Positions 41,444 to 56,499 of a stretch of DNA of 64,000 bases are shown here, in pieces. The stretch's first letter is position 1. Each line of letters starts with the position of its first letter. The stretch covers positions 36,084,001-36,148,000 of the forward strand of contig OX597834.1 of assembly GCA_951406725.2 (NCBI GenBank). The letters run 5' to 3'. A model generated the notes under the pieces. The model had not been told where the DNA came from. It made no database searches and was given only the letters and a program-made list of their open reading frames with translations. Source of the DNA: Octopus vulgaris. Lineage: Eukaryota. The position numbers and the translations under genes were made by a program.

Positions 41444-41682
41444 AAATAAGAAAATGGAGAAATACATCTAAATCAAATATCGAGATGTATTTCTCCATTT
41501 TCTTATTTTGTATTATGAATTTGTGGTAAAACATTTTACCTTTGCCCATATAATACAGTAAGTGAATTAATTGCATCGCAATTATTATCATTTATGTATT
41601 AACTTTGTTGGGTACTTTACTAGCGGTAGATTGGATATATGTTATCCCATGGAGGGTTGCATTTACAACCCCTATCTCAATT

Positions 41683-41759
<77 letters not shown>

Positions 41760-41967
41760 TCAGTAGTTCATATATCTAAAACATAAACATGCACTAAATC
41801 ATTAGAGCGGTAATATACTTTTTTCTGAAGTTGAAAGTTATGGCTTGTCGTGTAGGACAGTTAAAACTGCCTCACCTAAAAAACAAAAAAACAAAAACAA
41901 AAGAAAGCCTTAAACCTTCTGGAATGTACTTTTAACTTCCTGAGTATCTTGCAAGCTAGATAACTCG

Positions 41968-42282
<315 letters not shown>

Positions 42283-42320
42283 TGTGTCTAAATACACACA
42301 CATAGAGAGAGAGAGAGGCA

Positions 42321-42364
<44 letters not shown>

Positions 42365-42961
42365 TGTGTAAGCATTTATGTATGTATATGCTAATGTGTG
42401 TATTTATTTGTGTATCTGTCTGCCTGAATGTATATTTGATATGTTTTAATAGGGTGCATTAGGAATTCTTTTAAAAAACCTCTTGAAACACTTGGTATAT
42501 TGCAGAAGCGTAAACAATTTATTGCTCATAAATATTAACGACAAAATCTTATGTGAACCGCCTCAAAAGTCAAATGAACCCCAGTTGAGGACCACTGCTC
42601 TATTAGAATGGATTAAGGCAGCGAACTCGCAGAACCTTTTGCATGCTTCGAACTCTGAATTATTAAAATATTTGGTGTGTTGTAGAAGTGTTTTCTTTTT
42701 TTTTTATACTTGTTTCAGTCATTTGACTGCGGCCATGTTGGAGCGCCGCCAGGAGAGTTTTAGTCGAACAAATCGACCCCAGGACTTATTTTCTTAAGCC
42801 TAGTACTTATTCTATCGGACCTTCTTGCCGAACTGCTAGGTTACGGGGACGTAAACACGCCAACACCGGATATCAAGCGGCGGTGGGTACAAACGCAGAC
42901 ACAAAGGCACACATATAAATAAATATACAGATACATACATACATTAATATATATACATAAT

Positions 42962-43668
42962 GCGATGGGAAAATTATCGCCATTATATATTTTTTATTTC
43001 AAGCATGCGCATTGCTTGTTTTGGATTTTGTCGACTACACGGTAGAGTAGGGTCAGTTCGGCACCGTTTGTGAGAAAAAACAATACCATGAGGCAATTCA
43101 CTCTGCCAGAAATTTAGAAACGACATGATGTACTGCTTGGCATTTGTGCCGGAAGCTCCAATAGGTACATTTCAGAGTCTTTGGGTGTCAATCTGACGAC
43201 AGAGTAATCTAAGACATTTACAGTGAGTGGTAAAGATCAAACAACCGGTCAACATCATGGTGTTTGGACTGATCACTAGTGATGGCGACGTTATGCCTCC
43301 ATACATCATCCCACACGGCCTCAGACTCAACACGGAGGCCTTCATCAAGTGCCTGGAGGAGGTAGGACTGCCCTGGGTGTAGAGGGTGGCTGCTGGAAGA
43401 CCCTATGTCTGGCAATAGGATCTGCACCACACCACACCAGCAGGAGAACCCAGTTATGGCTGTCCAACAATTTCTGCAATCACATCTCCCCTAACATCTG
43501 GCCACTTAACTCCCCAGACTGCAATTCTCTTGATTATTATGTGTGGGGCACAGTTGAGCGAGAAACCATCAAGACTCCTTGTAACACCAAAGATGAACTG
43601 AAGGCAGCTTTATGGCAGCATTCACCAACTTAAACAAGGAGACCGTCCAGAAGAGTTGCAGGAGATTC
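42962..43668 (+). pseudogene. Internally deleted DD37D (maT) Tc1/mariner transposase relic nested in a family-A SINE
   Basis: IMVFGLITSDGDVMPP..RPYVWQ*DSAPHHTSRRTQ..WPLNSPDCNSLDYYVW, with 37 residues between the last two Asp. SINE halves at 42706-42910 and 43740-43896. Confidence 0.9.
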
Positions 43669-43949
43669 CATACAATATATGTACACCACTTCAAACATTC
43701 TATACACACATACATACTCGCGCGCCCCCCCACATATATGACGGGCTTCTCTCAGTTTCCATCTACTAAATCCACTCACAATCCTCTGGTCGGTCCGAGG
43801 CTATTAAGACACTTGCCCAAGATGTCACACAGTGAGATTGAACCCAGAACCATATGGCTGGGAAAGCAAGCTTCTTATCACACAGCCACGCCTGCGCTGA
43901 TCTCGTAAATTTTATACAAACAAATCTTATAAGACTTCTATGGGCCATA

Positions 43950-44300
43950 AGGACCTCGGTTGGGAACCACAAATTTACAGGGACAGAATTTCAAACTCTG
44001 AAGTCTTGAGAAGAGCCAACCTGCGCAGCCTGCTGGAGATTATGGCAGAACGAAAGAGTGAGATTTTCAGGCCATGCTTTTCGGCTGCCAGAAGGACGAA
44101 TACCCAAGAGAGCTGTACAGTGAATACCACCAGAAGGACGAAGAAAGAGAGGGAGAGATCCAAGAAGACTTGGTGCGCCCCTTTCAAAGAAAAAACCGAA
44201 GCAATTTAGCATCACCTGTGAAGGAGCTGGCGACTATGCTTAAAACTGGGATTATTGGGGACATCTCACTGTTCAGGCCGACTGTAAGGGAGGAACTAAA
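43950..44300 (+). mobile_element. Decayed RTE LINE 3' fragment
   Basis: RISNSEVLRRANLRSL..FSGHAFRLPEGRIPKR..PPEGRRKR..SKKTW across frameshifts. Confidence 0.75.
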
Positions 44301-44768
44301 ACTAAAACTCGTCATCTCCATCATTTTAATCCAATAATGGGATCCCAATAATGATATGCTTAAAAATTTACACGTCTCTGACGGTTTGATTTGACGATGT
44401 ATCTTGGTTATGTGATTTGCACTTGGCAATTAATAATCACTTTATGTTCATGAAATGTACGTAAGATACCGTAACCGAATACCTTGTAAACAAACTCTTA
44501 GGTTTTGTTTTGTTTTGCTACCTACGTTTACCCTATGTAATCCGGATTTTATAACAGAGTATACGATTACAATACATGAAAGGGAATAGGCCTGCAGTCC
44601 AACACACAGGTTATTTGTCTCGTGGTTTAAGGTTTCAAATGCACTGGACAAATATAATATTATATGACATAATATAACATACAGACACAAACACACACGC
44701 ATACACGATCGCGAGCATACACACATTTGTTCACATGTGTGTATATATGTTCTAATATCTGCATACAT

Positions 44769-44825
<57 letters not shown>

Positions 44826-45039
44826 GGTAAGTCAAAATCAATATTCAATTTTTTTTTTTTTTGTGATTTCTCAAATCAATAGTAGAGGTTCAACTATTAC
44901 ATGATTACCGTTTTCGGCATATTCTTGTTTTTTCGATCGGCGAAAAAGGTCTTCGGCCGGTCAAGCCGAAGAACTTTGCAGCAAATTTACGAAGAACTTT
45001 GATGTTTTGCAAACAACTTGCACATGCAAGTGCTACCAG

Positions 45040-45765
45040 TCGAAAGCTCCGCATACCGGAAGCCAGCAAGTGCATGGGGTCATCAGGAGAGAATGCGCGC
45101 CGTTTCGGGGCCTACCTCTCGACGGCATCAATGCGCACCGAGCCCCCTCACTGATACGAAGGCCTCGCTTGCTAGATCAACTGATTATCAAATAAAACTC
45201 AATATTCTTCTTGCCATCGCTCATCGTCTCTTTTAAACCGAATCCAGTGGCTAGCCCCTTCCACTGTAGTTTGGATATCGGTCATGGCGGTATCTACTTT
45301 ATGAGGAGTTGGGCCTAACGATTTTACCCTTAAATTTAAGTGAGATATATATAAACATATCTTTTGAGATACTCTTACTCTTTAATCTTTTACTTGTTTC
45401 AGTCATTTGACTGCGGCCATGCTGGAGCACCGCCTTTAATCGAGCAACTCGACCCCGGGACTTATTCTTTGTAAGCCCAGTACTTATTCTATCGGTCTCT
45501 TTTGCCGAACCGCTAAGTGACGGGGGACATAATCACACCAGCATCGGTTGTCAAGCAAGGCTAGAGGGACAAACACAGACACACAAACACACACACATAC
45601 ACATACATATATATATATATACAGTCGCTTGACACTGTGTTCAACAAACCCTTTACATCCGACTTCGATCGGAAAATGCTCCGCTTTCCAGCCTGCGTCT
45701 TCACATTCCTCGAGGAGGTTTACATAACGGTCAGCCTTTCGAGCATTAACAGCTTCGTTTCTGAC
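45040..45765 (-). mobile_element. 3' end of a HERO-like (RLE endonuclease) non-LTR retrotransposon, interrupted at 45320-45621
   Basis: EAVNARKADRYVNLLEECEDAGWKAEHFPIEVGCKGFVEHSVKRL [insert] LGPTPHKVDTAMTDIQTTVEGASHWIRFKRDDERWQEEY*. The K..Y..L..EC...GW....PIEVGC.GF pattern is characteristic. Stop at 45199-45201. Confidence 0.8.
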
Positions 45766-46060
45766 TTTAGAATTTCAGCCTGTGAAGAATACAAACCTTA
45801 CGTATGATCTTGGTCTATGATATATAAATATACTGAACTACAAATGAGACGTTGCACTGTAAAAGATTATGTTTCCCTCACGATATTGAGATCGTACGGA
45901 TTTTATTACATTTCTAGGTAATCTGACATCAGGAAGATGTCACTGATCCACAACGCCACTCACTTTTGAAAACACAAGGATTGCATGTAGGGTTCGAACT
46001 CTCTCACTTTTCGTGAATACGGTAATGCTCGCGAGCGCATCTTTAGGAAAAGATATATTT

Positions 46061-46468
46061 GTGGCTGTGTGGTAAGTAACATGTTTACCAACCACATGGT
46101 TCCGGGTTCAGTCCCACTGCGTGGCACCTTGGGCAAGTGTCTTCTACTATAGCCTCGGGCCGGCCAAAGCCTTGTGAGTGGATTTGGTAGACGGAAACTG
46201 AAAGAAGCCCGTCGTATATATGTATATATATATGTATGTGTATGTGTGTGTGTTTGTGTGTCTGTGTTTGTCCCTCTAGCATTGCTTGACAACCGATGCT
46301 GGTGTGTTTATGTCCCCGTCACTTAGCGGTTCGGCAAAAGAGACCAATAGAATAAGTACTGGGCTTACAAAGAATAAGTCCCGGGGTCGAGTTGCTCGAT
46401 TAAAGGCGGTGCTCCAGCATGGCCGCAGTCAAATGACTGAAACAAGTAAAAGAGTAAAGAGTAAGAGT
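46061..46468 (+). mobile_element. SINE family A, nearly full length
   Basis: Family match. Its 3' part plus flank is duplicated in inverted orientation at 45320-45620. Confidence 0.92.
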
Positions 46469-46664
46469 ATCTCAAAAGATATATTTATATATATCTCACT
46501 TAAATTTAAGGGTAAAATCTATATAAGATTTTATCAAGTAGCCAGGGGGTAAACCAATTAAGGTAAAATTTAACACGAAATATATAATATATAAGGGCAA
46601 TTACGAGAGGTAATGCCACATGCTGGAATAAGACACCAATGGTCCTAATCTACTTTATCAAATA

Positions 46665-47061
46665 CTAGCAGTATCGCCCGGCGTTGCTCGGGTTTGTAAG
46701 GGAAATAACTATATAAACATTTTTAGAGAGTTATAGCCAAAAAATAGAAAAAAATGCATTAAAAATGGAAAAAAAAATGATGGTAAATTTTTTAAAAATC
46801 GTTGACTCATCTTAGACATTTTTAGAGAGTTACTTCCCTTATATAATAGCGAAAAAATGCATTAAAATGGAACAAAATGATGGTAAATTTTTTTTTAAAT
46901 CGTAGACTCATCGTAGACGCGCGCTAATACCCAGAAGGGCTCGATATGAATCACGACTATAAGATACCCGGTTTTGGTTAAACTGCACCGCAAAATGTGG
47001 GAGTAGTTAGGAATCTAAATCGTAGGTGACAGACACACAACTTCACTTTTATATATAAAGC
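46665..47061 (-). mobile_element. Non-autonomous Helitron, subfamily 1
   Basis: 3' hairpin CCCGAGCAACGCCGGG + CTAG, and 5' CTTTATATATAA. Homologous to 56165-56472. Confidence 0.88.
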
Positions 47062-47649
47062 TATACACGTGCTGAAATCGAGGGAATTCTTCTCTGGTGT
47101 TAACGGTTTTATTTCTTACTAAGGGCTTTCTTTTCAAACCTTACAAAAGATCATGATCCCTCGATCAATTCTGCTATCCGTTATTTTTTTCTTCTATGTT
47201 TTACTTGTTTCAGTCATTAGACTGTGGCCATGCTGGGGCACCGCCTTGAAGAATGTTTCCTACTTATTTTTAAAGGCTGGTGCTTATCCTATCGGTCTCT
47301 TAAACTGAACCGTTAAATTACGGGGACGTAAACACACTAACATCGGTTGTCAAGCGGTAGTGGTGGTGGTGGTGGGGCAAATACACACACGAAGACTCAC
47401 ACACACACATACAAGCAGACACGCACACATACTCACACGTACGCATGCACACGCACACACACGCACGCACACACACACGCACGCACACATATACATACAC
47501 ACGCGCACACACACGCACGCACACATAAACACGCACACATACACGCACACACACACAGACACCGCCCACCCTTAGCTATGCACGTGCCTTTGAATAAAAA
47601 GGAAGACTTATCTTTGCCAGCTTAGTAGACTGGGGCAATGATTGGAAAA

Positions 47650-48345
47650 ACTGGCACTCCGTCGGTAACGACGACGAGTGTTCCAGTTGATCCAATAAAC
47701 TGAACAGCCTGCTCATGAAATTAGCATGCAAGTGGCTGAGTACTCCACAGACATACTCTTTACTCTTTTACTTGTTTCAGTCATTTGACTGCGACCATGC
47801 TGGAGCACCGCCTTTAGTCGAGCAAATCGACCCTGGAACTTATTCTTTGTAAGCCCAGTACTTATTCTATCGGTCTCTTTTGCCGAACCGCTAAGTAACG
47901 GGGACGTAAACACACCAGCATCGGTTGTCAAGCAATGTTAGGGAGACAAACACAGACACACAAACACATACACACACATACATATATATATACATATATA
48001 CTTTGGGCCTCTTTCAGTTTCCGTCTACCAAATCGACTCACAAGGCTTTGGTCGACCCGAGGCTATAGAAGAAGACACTTGCCCAAGGTGCCACGCAGTG
48101 GGACTGAACCGAGAACCATGTGGTTGGTAAACAAGCTACTTACCACACAGCCACTACCCTTAACGTAGTTCTCAAGGAGATTCAGTGTGATGCAAAATGC
48201 GACAAGGCTGGTCTCTTTGAAATACAGGTACGACTCATTTTCGCCAGCTGAGTGGACTGGAGCCACATGAAATAAAGTGTCTTGCTCAAAGGACACATCG
48301 TGCCGCTGGGCACCGATCTCGCGATTTTACGATCGGGAGCCGAAC
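47650..48345 (-). mobile_element. Family-D-related SINE interrupted by a family-A SINE (47755-48156)
   Basis: CTCCACAGACA|..|ACCCTTAACGTAG is nearly contiguous in the 37220 copy. Confidence 0.85.
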
Positions 48346-48910
48346 GTGTAAAGAATAAAATTACAAGATGTCAACAGATGTCAACGTTCGTGATGAATGG
48401 CTGTGATGCTCGCGGTCATTCAAGCGAGAACGACAAATTGAAAATGTCATCGAGACAATCCCCCCCTTGCTGCTGCTGTTGTTGTTGATTCCATTCGCTG
48501 CTGTTGTTGTTGTTGCAGTTGCTGCTGTTGCTGTTATCGGTTTATCTTTCTCTTTGTTGTAAGGGGCCGTATAGAATGTCGTCTCCGGTTTATCTTGCGA
48601 TCTCTAATCTCGCTGATGGCGTAGCGATATTATGATATGGCCATGTCATTTCGTTCGGTTCTGTCGTATCTGTTCTGTCGTGTGAACGTGTAATTGCGTG
48701 CGTGTATGCAAGTGTGTGTGAGTGTGTGTATGCGTGTGCGTTTGTGTTTGCATATGTATATAATCATGTGCATCTATACGCATATGTATATGCGTTTGTA
48801 TATGTGAGTGTGTGTGTTTGTGCGTGTGTGTGTATGTGTGTGCGTTCGTTCGTGTGTATACATATATGTGTATATGTATATATATGTCCATGTGTATATA
48901 TATATATATG

Positions 48911-48954
<44 letters not shown>

Positions 48955-49037
48955 TATACAGACACATATAGGTACACATTCGCATATATATATATATACA
49001 CAAACATATGTACATATATATATATATATATTTACAG

Positions 49038-49071
<34 letters not shown>

Positions 49072-49121
49072 AACATAAATATATATATAGCATATATATC
49101 TTTACAGTATATATATATTAC

Positions 49122-49168
<47 letters not shown>

Positions 49169-50299
49169 CATATATAGCATGTGTGTGTGTGTGTGTGTGT
49201 GTGTGTTGTATACATATACATTTACAAAGGTGATACATTTCACCTTTGCTACTCAGTTTTCCCGCTTAATTTTCACCTGAAAAGAAAAGAAAACAACAAC
49301 ATCCAAAACAGCTGTTTCACCGATGACATAGACAATTATCAGAACGATACTGACAAGCGCCTCAGCAATAATATCAACAACAACAACAGCAACAACAACA
49401 ATTGATGCAACGACGACGACTGCAACAGCATGAGCCATCACCACCACCACCACCACTACAACTACAACAATAACAACCACAAAACAACAATAGGCTCTAC
49501 AGGAGAAGTTTCTCTGTAGTTGACACATAAGTTTTGGTAAATAAAGAACGGAGACAAACACATACATACACGCACGCATACACACGGATACATGGACACA
49601 CACACACACACACGCACACACACACACGTACATACATTGTAGGCATACGTACATGCATGCATACTTACATACACGCACACACACATACATACATTGCAGG
49701 TATCCATCCATCCACACATATACAGGTACATAAATATATTGCAAGCATACATACACACATACATACACACATACATACATACATACATACATACATACAT
49801 ACATACATACATACATACATACACATGTATACATACATACATTGTAGGCTTACATATACATACATACATACATAGAATATACATACATGGATATACACAT
49901 ACGTACAACATACATACATTCATACATACATGGATATAGATACACACACATACATACATACATGCATACATACGTGCATACGTACGTACACACATACGTA
50001 CGTATGTATATACGTACGTAAATACATACATACATACATTCATGTTGCTAATGGTATCACCGACTTTGCTGATACCACCGACCTTGTTGCTAATGGTATC
50101 ACCGACTTTCCGTCCATGACCTGTCAGATGACTGGCTCTTCAGGGCTCGCTGTAAACCTCCAGAACCGCGCGTTTCCTGCTGGTTGACCCAACACATGCC
50201 ACCGCCTCTTCTTTCCATCGCCACAGGACTTTCCTCAGATGGAATGACAAACGAGGTCACCGTAGAGAGACAAGTGCACGCCATGGGGTAATAAGAGTG

Positions 50300-50372
<73 letters not shown>

Positions 50373-50474
50373 CACAAGTGAGCACATAAGTGCAAAACAA
50401 GGTAGAAAAATAGTGGTCGAATGCCAAAGATAAAGTAACATACATTTTATTAAAGCTGCCAAATTATTACAGAG

Positions 50475-50512
50475 CTGTTACTCAGAGTTTCACGTTCCCG
50501 TTCATCGTACAC
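50475..50512 (-). ncRNA. Degenerate hammerhead-like motif
   Basis: TGT ACGATGA ACG-ggaa-CGT GAA ACTC-t-GAGT A ACA. Core positions 3-4 are altered. Confidence 0.45.
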
Positions 50513-50553
50513 TTGTGTGATGAATCAGAGGTGTGATAATTTTGCACCTTCTA

Positions 50554-51003
<450 letters not shown>

Positions 51004-51021
51004 AAAACATATAAATATATG

Positions 51022-51070
<49 letters not shown>

Positions 51071-51293
51071 TTATATGCATATATATACATATAAATATAT
51101 GAAATATATGTATGTGTATATATATATATATAGTATATATATATATATATATATATAAATTTATATGCATATATATACATATAAATATATGTATGTGTAT
51201 ACATATTATATATAAACACACATTTATATACACACATATATATATATATACAAATATAAGTATGTATATATGTATTATATACATAAATATATA

Positions 51294-51364
<71 letters not shown>

Positions 51365-51391
51365 ATAAACACTAACGTACGCACAAAGATA

Positions 51392-51424
<33 letters not shown>

Positions 51425-51452
51425 GCATGCATATATATATATATATATATAG

Positions 51453-51629
<177 letters not shown>

Positions 51630-52682
51630 CGGACCGACAGGTATACAGACAGATATAGAAACCGTCCGTACTGCTGGTATTAACCAAGTATTAATCAGCA
51701 GGTAACTAACTCCGGTGGTTAGTCGCGTTTCCCGCCACTGGACTCCATCGAATGTGGGATATTGACGTAAAAGTTGACATTAATAAATAACAAGAGATGA
51801 AGAGGAGGAGGAAGAGGAGGGCAGCAGGTAGGAAGCTGGTCTAAATGTCACTGAACAATGAATTACAATAGGTGCTGACCATCACCACAGATATATACTA
51901 CACTCACTGTACGGGAATGGTGTGGTGTTGGTGGTAAAATGGTTGCGGAACTGGTGGTATTGATGGCGTTGATGGTGGAGGTGGTGGTGATGGTGATGAT
52001 TATTAAGGTGGTGGGTGTGATGGTAGTGGTGGTGAAGATAGTGGTGGCGGTGGAATGGTGCTGAAGCTGGAGGTGGTGGTGGTGGTGATAATGGTTGTGG
52101 TGGCGGTTGTGGTGGTGATGGTGATGATGATGGTAATGATGATAGCAGTGGTGAAGGTGGTGGTGGTGGTGGTAGTGGTTGTTTGTGGTGGTGGTAATAA
52201 TGATGGTGATGCTGATAGCAGTGGTGATGGTCATGGTGGTAGTGGTGGTGGTGCGGTGTCGTAGTGGTCATGGTTGTGTTGGTAGTTTTGTGGCGATAGG
52301 GGTGGGGCAGTGTGACGTTGATGGTTATGGTGGTAGTGGTGGAAGTATGGCGCAGATCGTGGTGGTAGAGGTGGTAGGTATGGCGCAGATCGTGGTGGTG
52401 ACGTTCGCATTTCACACGAACAACAACAACAACAACAACAACAAACTATACACATTTCACATTTAATAATTAGCCAATGAAGGTGGTGAGCTGGCAGAAA
52501 CGTTAGCAGCTCTTTCCTAACTTCACCACTGTTGCTGTTTAGAATAACACCTACGCAAATGTTATAAACAATACATTCAAAAGAGATACCTCAAGAATTC
52601 AATCTCTACTACCATCCACAGCAAGTCACTTTCAGGGCACTTGACCATTTAGCATCCTACTACTATCATACCACTCCCGCAT

Positions 52683-52985
52683 TCTTCTTCTTCTTCTTCT
52701 TCTTCTTCTTCTTCTTCTTCTTCTTCTTCTTCTTCTTCTTCTTCTTCTTCTTCTTCCTCCTCCTCCTCCTCCTGCTCCTCCCCCTTCTTCTTCTTCTTCT
52801 TCTTCTTCTTCTTCTTCTTCATCATCTTCTTCTCCTCCTGCTCCTGCTCCTCCCCCTTCTTCTTCTTCTTCTTCTTCTTCTTCTTCTTCTTCTTCTTCTT
52901 CTTCTTCTTCATCATCTTCTTCTCCTCCTGCTCCTGCTCCTCCCCCTTCTTCTTCTTCTTCTTCTTCTTCTTCTTCTTCTTCTTC
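52683..52985. repeat. (TTC)n tract with a duplicated ~90-bp composite unit
   Basis: ATCATCTTCTTCTCCTCCTGCTCCTGCTCC at 52821 and 52911. Confidence 0.9.
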
Positions 52986-53144
52986 CCTGCCAAGAATTCA
53001 CAACGATCTCGAACCCACAAGAGTAAACAAGAGAGGCAGAGACAGGCAGACACAAGGAAAATGCCCCTTGTATTTGAATGCTATGCAAATATTTAAAAAA
53101 AACAACTTTTCTTCTTATTTTTCCAAAATTTAATTGTTTTCCAT

Positions 53145-53189
53145 ATTTACAGTTGAAAAAGTCTCAATGACTGAAACCGGTACTGAAAT
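53145..53189 (+). ncRNA. Minimal type-I hammerhead motif, U3-A8 core variant (GUA triplet)
   Basis: ATTT-a-CAG TTGAAAA AGTC-tcaat-GACT GAAA CCGG TA CTG-AAAT, with palindromic stem III. Confidence 0.7.
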
Positions 53190-53234
53190 GTATTTTTATA
53201 AAATTATTTTAGCATTTTCTACCTTGACTTTTTT

Positions 53235-53281
<47 letters not shown>

Positions 53282-53998
53282 GTCCTTGGTTTCACATCCG
53301 GTGGTGAGGCACCAGCTCTATCGTTCTGGAGCTGCCCTCGCCATGACTTTGACAGAAATAGTGGGAACCTCCACTACCGTTCGGAAAATCTATTTAACCG
53401 AAAAATAGGGTCCTGGTAGGTAACTATCGTTCTGGGTCAGAACGGACCTGACATTATGAAAACCATCACCACCACCACCACCACCACCACCGCCGTCACC
53501 GCTGCAGCCGCGACTACCACCATTGCCGCCACCACCACCACCACCACCACTACAAAAAAACCACCATCGCTGTCACCACCACCACCACCACCGTCACCGC
53601 TGTAGCCGCGTCTATCACCATCGGCGCCGCCGCCGCCGCCACCACCACTACCATCACGGCTTCTCTTCCACAAAACCACTGCCGCCACCACATGCAGCAG
53701 CAGCAACAGTACGACGACGACGACAACGACGACCACCACCACCTCCACCACCACCACCTCCACCACCACCACCTCCACCACCACCACCTCCACCACCACC
53801 ACCTCCACCACCACCACCTCCACCACCACCACCTCCACCTCCACCACCTCCACCACCACGACCAACACCGTCGCCGCCGCCACTACAACCATCCTATAAC
53901 CTTACATAAAACAAAGCTGATCCGTTAATCACAGCATCTCATTGTGGTAAATCCTGCCTAATCACCTCCCCCACGTCCACCGCTTCCTCAACCTCCCC

Positions 53999-54077
<79 letters not shown>

Positions 54078-54148
54078 CGCATCCCCCAACAGAAAGGAGA
54101 CAGAATGACTACAGGAGCGACTGTTAGCTCATACCAAACGTATATCAC

Positions 54149-54209
<61 letters not shown>

Positions 54210-54423
54210 CAGGTTTCCACACAATTTCCGTCAATCAAATGATATCCAAATATCCCCTCCCGGGGCACTGGTTGGCCCGAGGCTATAGAAAAGGACTCTC
54301 AACCGAAGTGTGACGCAGTGAGATTGAACCTCACGTACTTGTGATGAGGCAATCGCCTGAACTACAAGCTATACTTGCACTCATACATGTGTGTATGTGT
54401 ATATATATATATATATATACATA

Positions 54424-54825
54424 CAGTTGCGGCCAACATGTTCAGAACGGCATTGTTTTCGTCAGAAAAGTAGGTATAAGTTTTTATCAAAGTTGTTTTA
54501 TATTCTATAATTTTCACAGACAATAAATACAATATTATTTGTTATTGTCTGAGATTTTGGTGTAATTTGAGAGGATAATACAAAGGTTATGGATGATTTA
54601 GTGATTTACTTTTTATTCTTGGCCGCCATGGGTTTTGCAGTAAATCACTAAATCATCTATAACTTTTGTATTATCCTCTCAAATTACACCAAAATCTCAG
54701 ACAATAACAATTAATATTGTACTTATTGTCTGTGAAAATTATAGAATATAAAACAACTTTGATAAAAACTTATACCTACTTTTCTGACGAAAACAATGCC
54801 GTTCTGAACATGTTGGCCGCAACTG
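54424..54825. mobile_element. Palindromic Tc1/mariner-type MITE (187-bp TIRs, 28-bp spacer, TA TSD)
   Basis: TA|CAGTTGCGGCCAACATG ... CATGTTGGCCGCAACTG|TA. Arms 54424-54610 and 54639-54825 are almost perfect complements. Confidence 0.93.
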
Positions 54826-54835
54826 TATATATATA

Positions 54836-55202
54836 CTAGCAGTATCGCCCGGCGTTGCTCAGGTTTGTAAGGGAAATAACTATAAAGCATTTTTAGAGAG
54901 TTATAGCCAAAAAATAGCAAAAAAATGGAAAAAAAATGATGGTAAATTTTTTTTGAGAGTTAAAAAAGGTGGAGTTGCGTCCCCTAGACGGTCTGTGGTT
55001 TGGGTTTCTGATTCTCGACCCCATGTCGAATTTATCGATTTTTTCAGAACTGGGGGAACTTTTCAAAATTTTCGCTGCGTTAGTTTTGAATTATGACATT
55101 GAGCTATGTGTGTGTCAAGTTTCATCAGAATCGGTTGAAAGCCGTGGTCAGAGTGAGGGAACGAGAAAACAGACACACAGAAACACACAGAGACAAACTG
55201 CC

Positions 55203-55210
<8 letters not shown>
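54836..55210 (-). mobile_element. Non-autonomous Helitron, subfamily 2
   Basis: Same termini and body as 40114-40490. Confidence 0.85.
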
Positions 55211-55249
<39 letters not shown>

Positions 55250-55259
55250 TTATTATTAT

Positions 55260-55958
55260 TCCTTTGTAATACAGCGTAAGTAAAAATGCACCGGAGTCTT
55301 TAGTCATGTGCCAAGCTGTCAAGTCACAACAAGGACCTCAGACATAATACTTTCCTTAAGATGTATGTTGTGCCTAATAATGCTACTTTTTGCAAAACAT
55401 CAATTTTGCATGGGATTTCCAGTTGCCGTAAGAAGTCTTGAAGTTTCAATGGGATTGAGCCCAACGCTCCGATCACCACTGTTATCACTTTTACATTACC
55501 CTCTCGCATTCCATACAGTCTTGCCATTTCCACTTTGTTCTCTATCAATTTATCCATTTCCAAAATCCCCAAGTACTTGTAGCCAGTCTCTTCTGTCTGT
55601 TTCATAACCTCTCCCGATGGTATCCTTAACCCGTCCATACATTTGATTTTGCCTGTCTTCAAGACTAACACACCACACTTTTTCAGTCCGAACTCTATTC
55701 TGATATCAGCACTGAAGGTATACACCGTATCAACGAAGGAACTGACTTGGGCTTCAGTTTGAAGTCATCCATGAATAACAAATGGTTGACTTTTTGTTGG
55801 CGGCTTTTGAATACATACCCAGCTTTTGCTTTCCTCAGAATCAGTGTTAGTGGTATCAAGCACTGTACAAAGAGCAGTGGGGACAGGCAGTCCCCTTGGA
55901 AGATGTCCCTCCTAATTTCTAATGTCCATAAACTTCTTCCGTATGCTGTGAGGTCCGT
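55260..55958 (-). pseudogene. R4/Dong-clade LINE relic (RT motifs fused to the RLE C-terminus by internal deletion), (TAA)n tail
   Basis: IRRDIFQGDCLSPLLF..VNHLLFMDDFKL..DIRIEFGLKKC..YKYLGI joined to VVIGALGSIP..LQKVALLGTTYILRKVL. Confidence 0.9.
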
Positions 55959-56164
55959 TTATTATATTTCGTTTTTATTTTCATTTTACTTGTTGCAATC
56001 ATTAAACTGAGGCCATGCTGGGGCATCACCTCGAAGAATATTTAGTCGAATGTATCGACTCCAGTATTTTAAAAATGATTTTCAACAAGCACATAGTTAA
56101 GCCTAAAAGGTCTTTTTACATGCTAGAGATAACAACCAAATCTTTGAACATTATTTTTATATAA

Positions 56165-56472
56165 TCTTTATATATAAAGCTGAAGTTGTGTGTGTGAGAG
56201 TCTGTCTCCTCCGATTTAGATCCCTAACTACTCCCACATTTTGCGGTGCAGTTTAACCAAAAGCGGGTATCTTATAGTCGTGATTCACATCGAGCCCTTC
56301 TGGGTATTAGCGCGCGTCTACGATGAGTGTACGATTTAAAAAAAATTTACCATCATTTTTTCGCATTTTTAATGCATTGTTTGCTCGGTTTATATAAGGA
56401 AAGTAACTCTCTAAAAATGCTTATATAGTTATTTCCCTTAGAAACTCGAGCAACGCCGGGCGATACTGCTAG
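56165..56472 (+). mobile_element. Complete non-autonomous Helitron
   Basis: A|TC start, subterminal hairpin, CTAG|T end, no TSD. Confidence 0.92.
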
Positions 56473-56499
56473 TTTCAAATAAACATCAACCACGAGTAT

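Noticed and set aside
45070-45150. Hammerhead in the HERO-like 3' UTR (GAAAC ... CTGATGA on minus strand)
   Set aside because: The motifs are present, but I could not pair helices into a type I, II or III topology.
50043-50110. 42-bp-period tandem duplication within ORF 49930-50187
   Set aside because: Simple local duplication; the surrounding peptide has no recognisable family.
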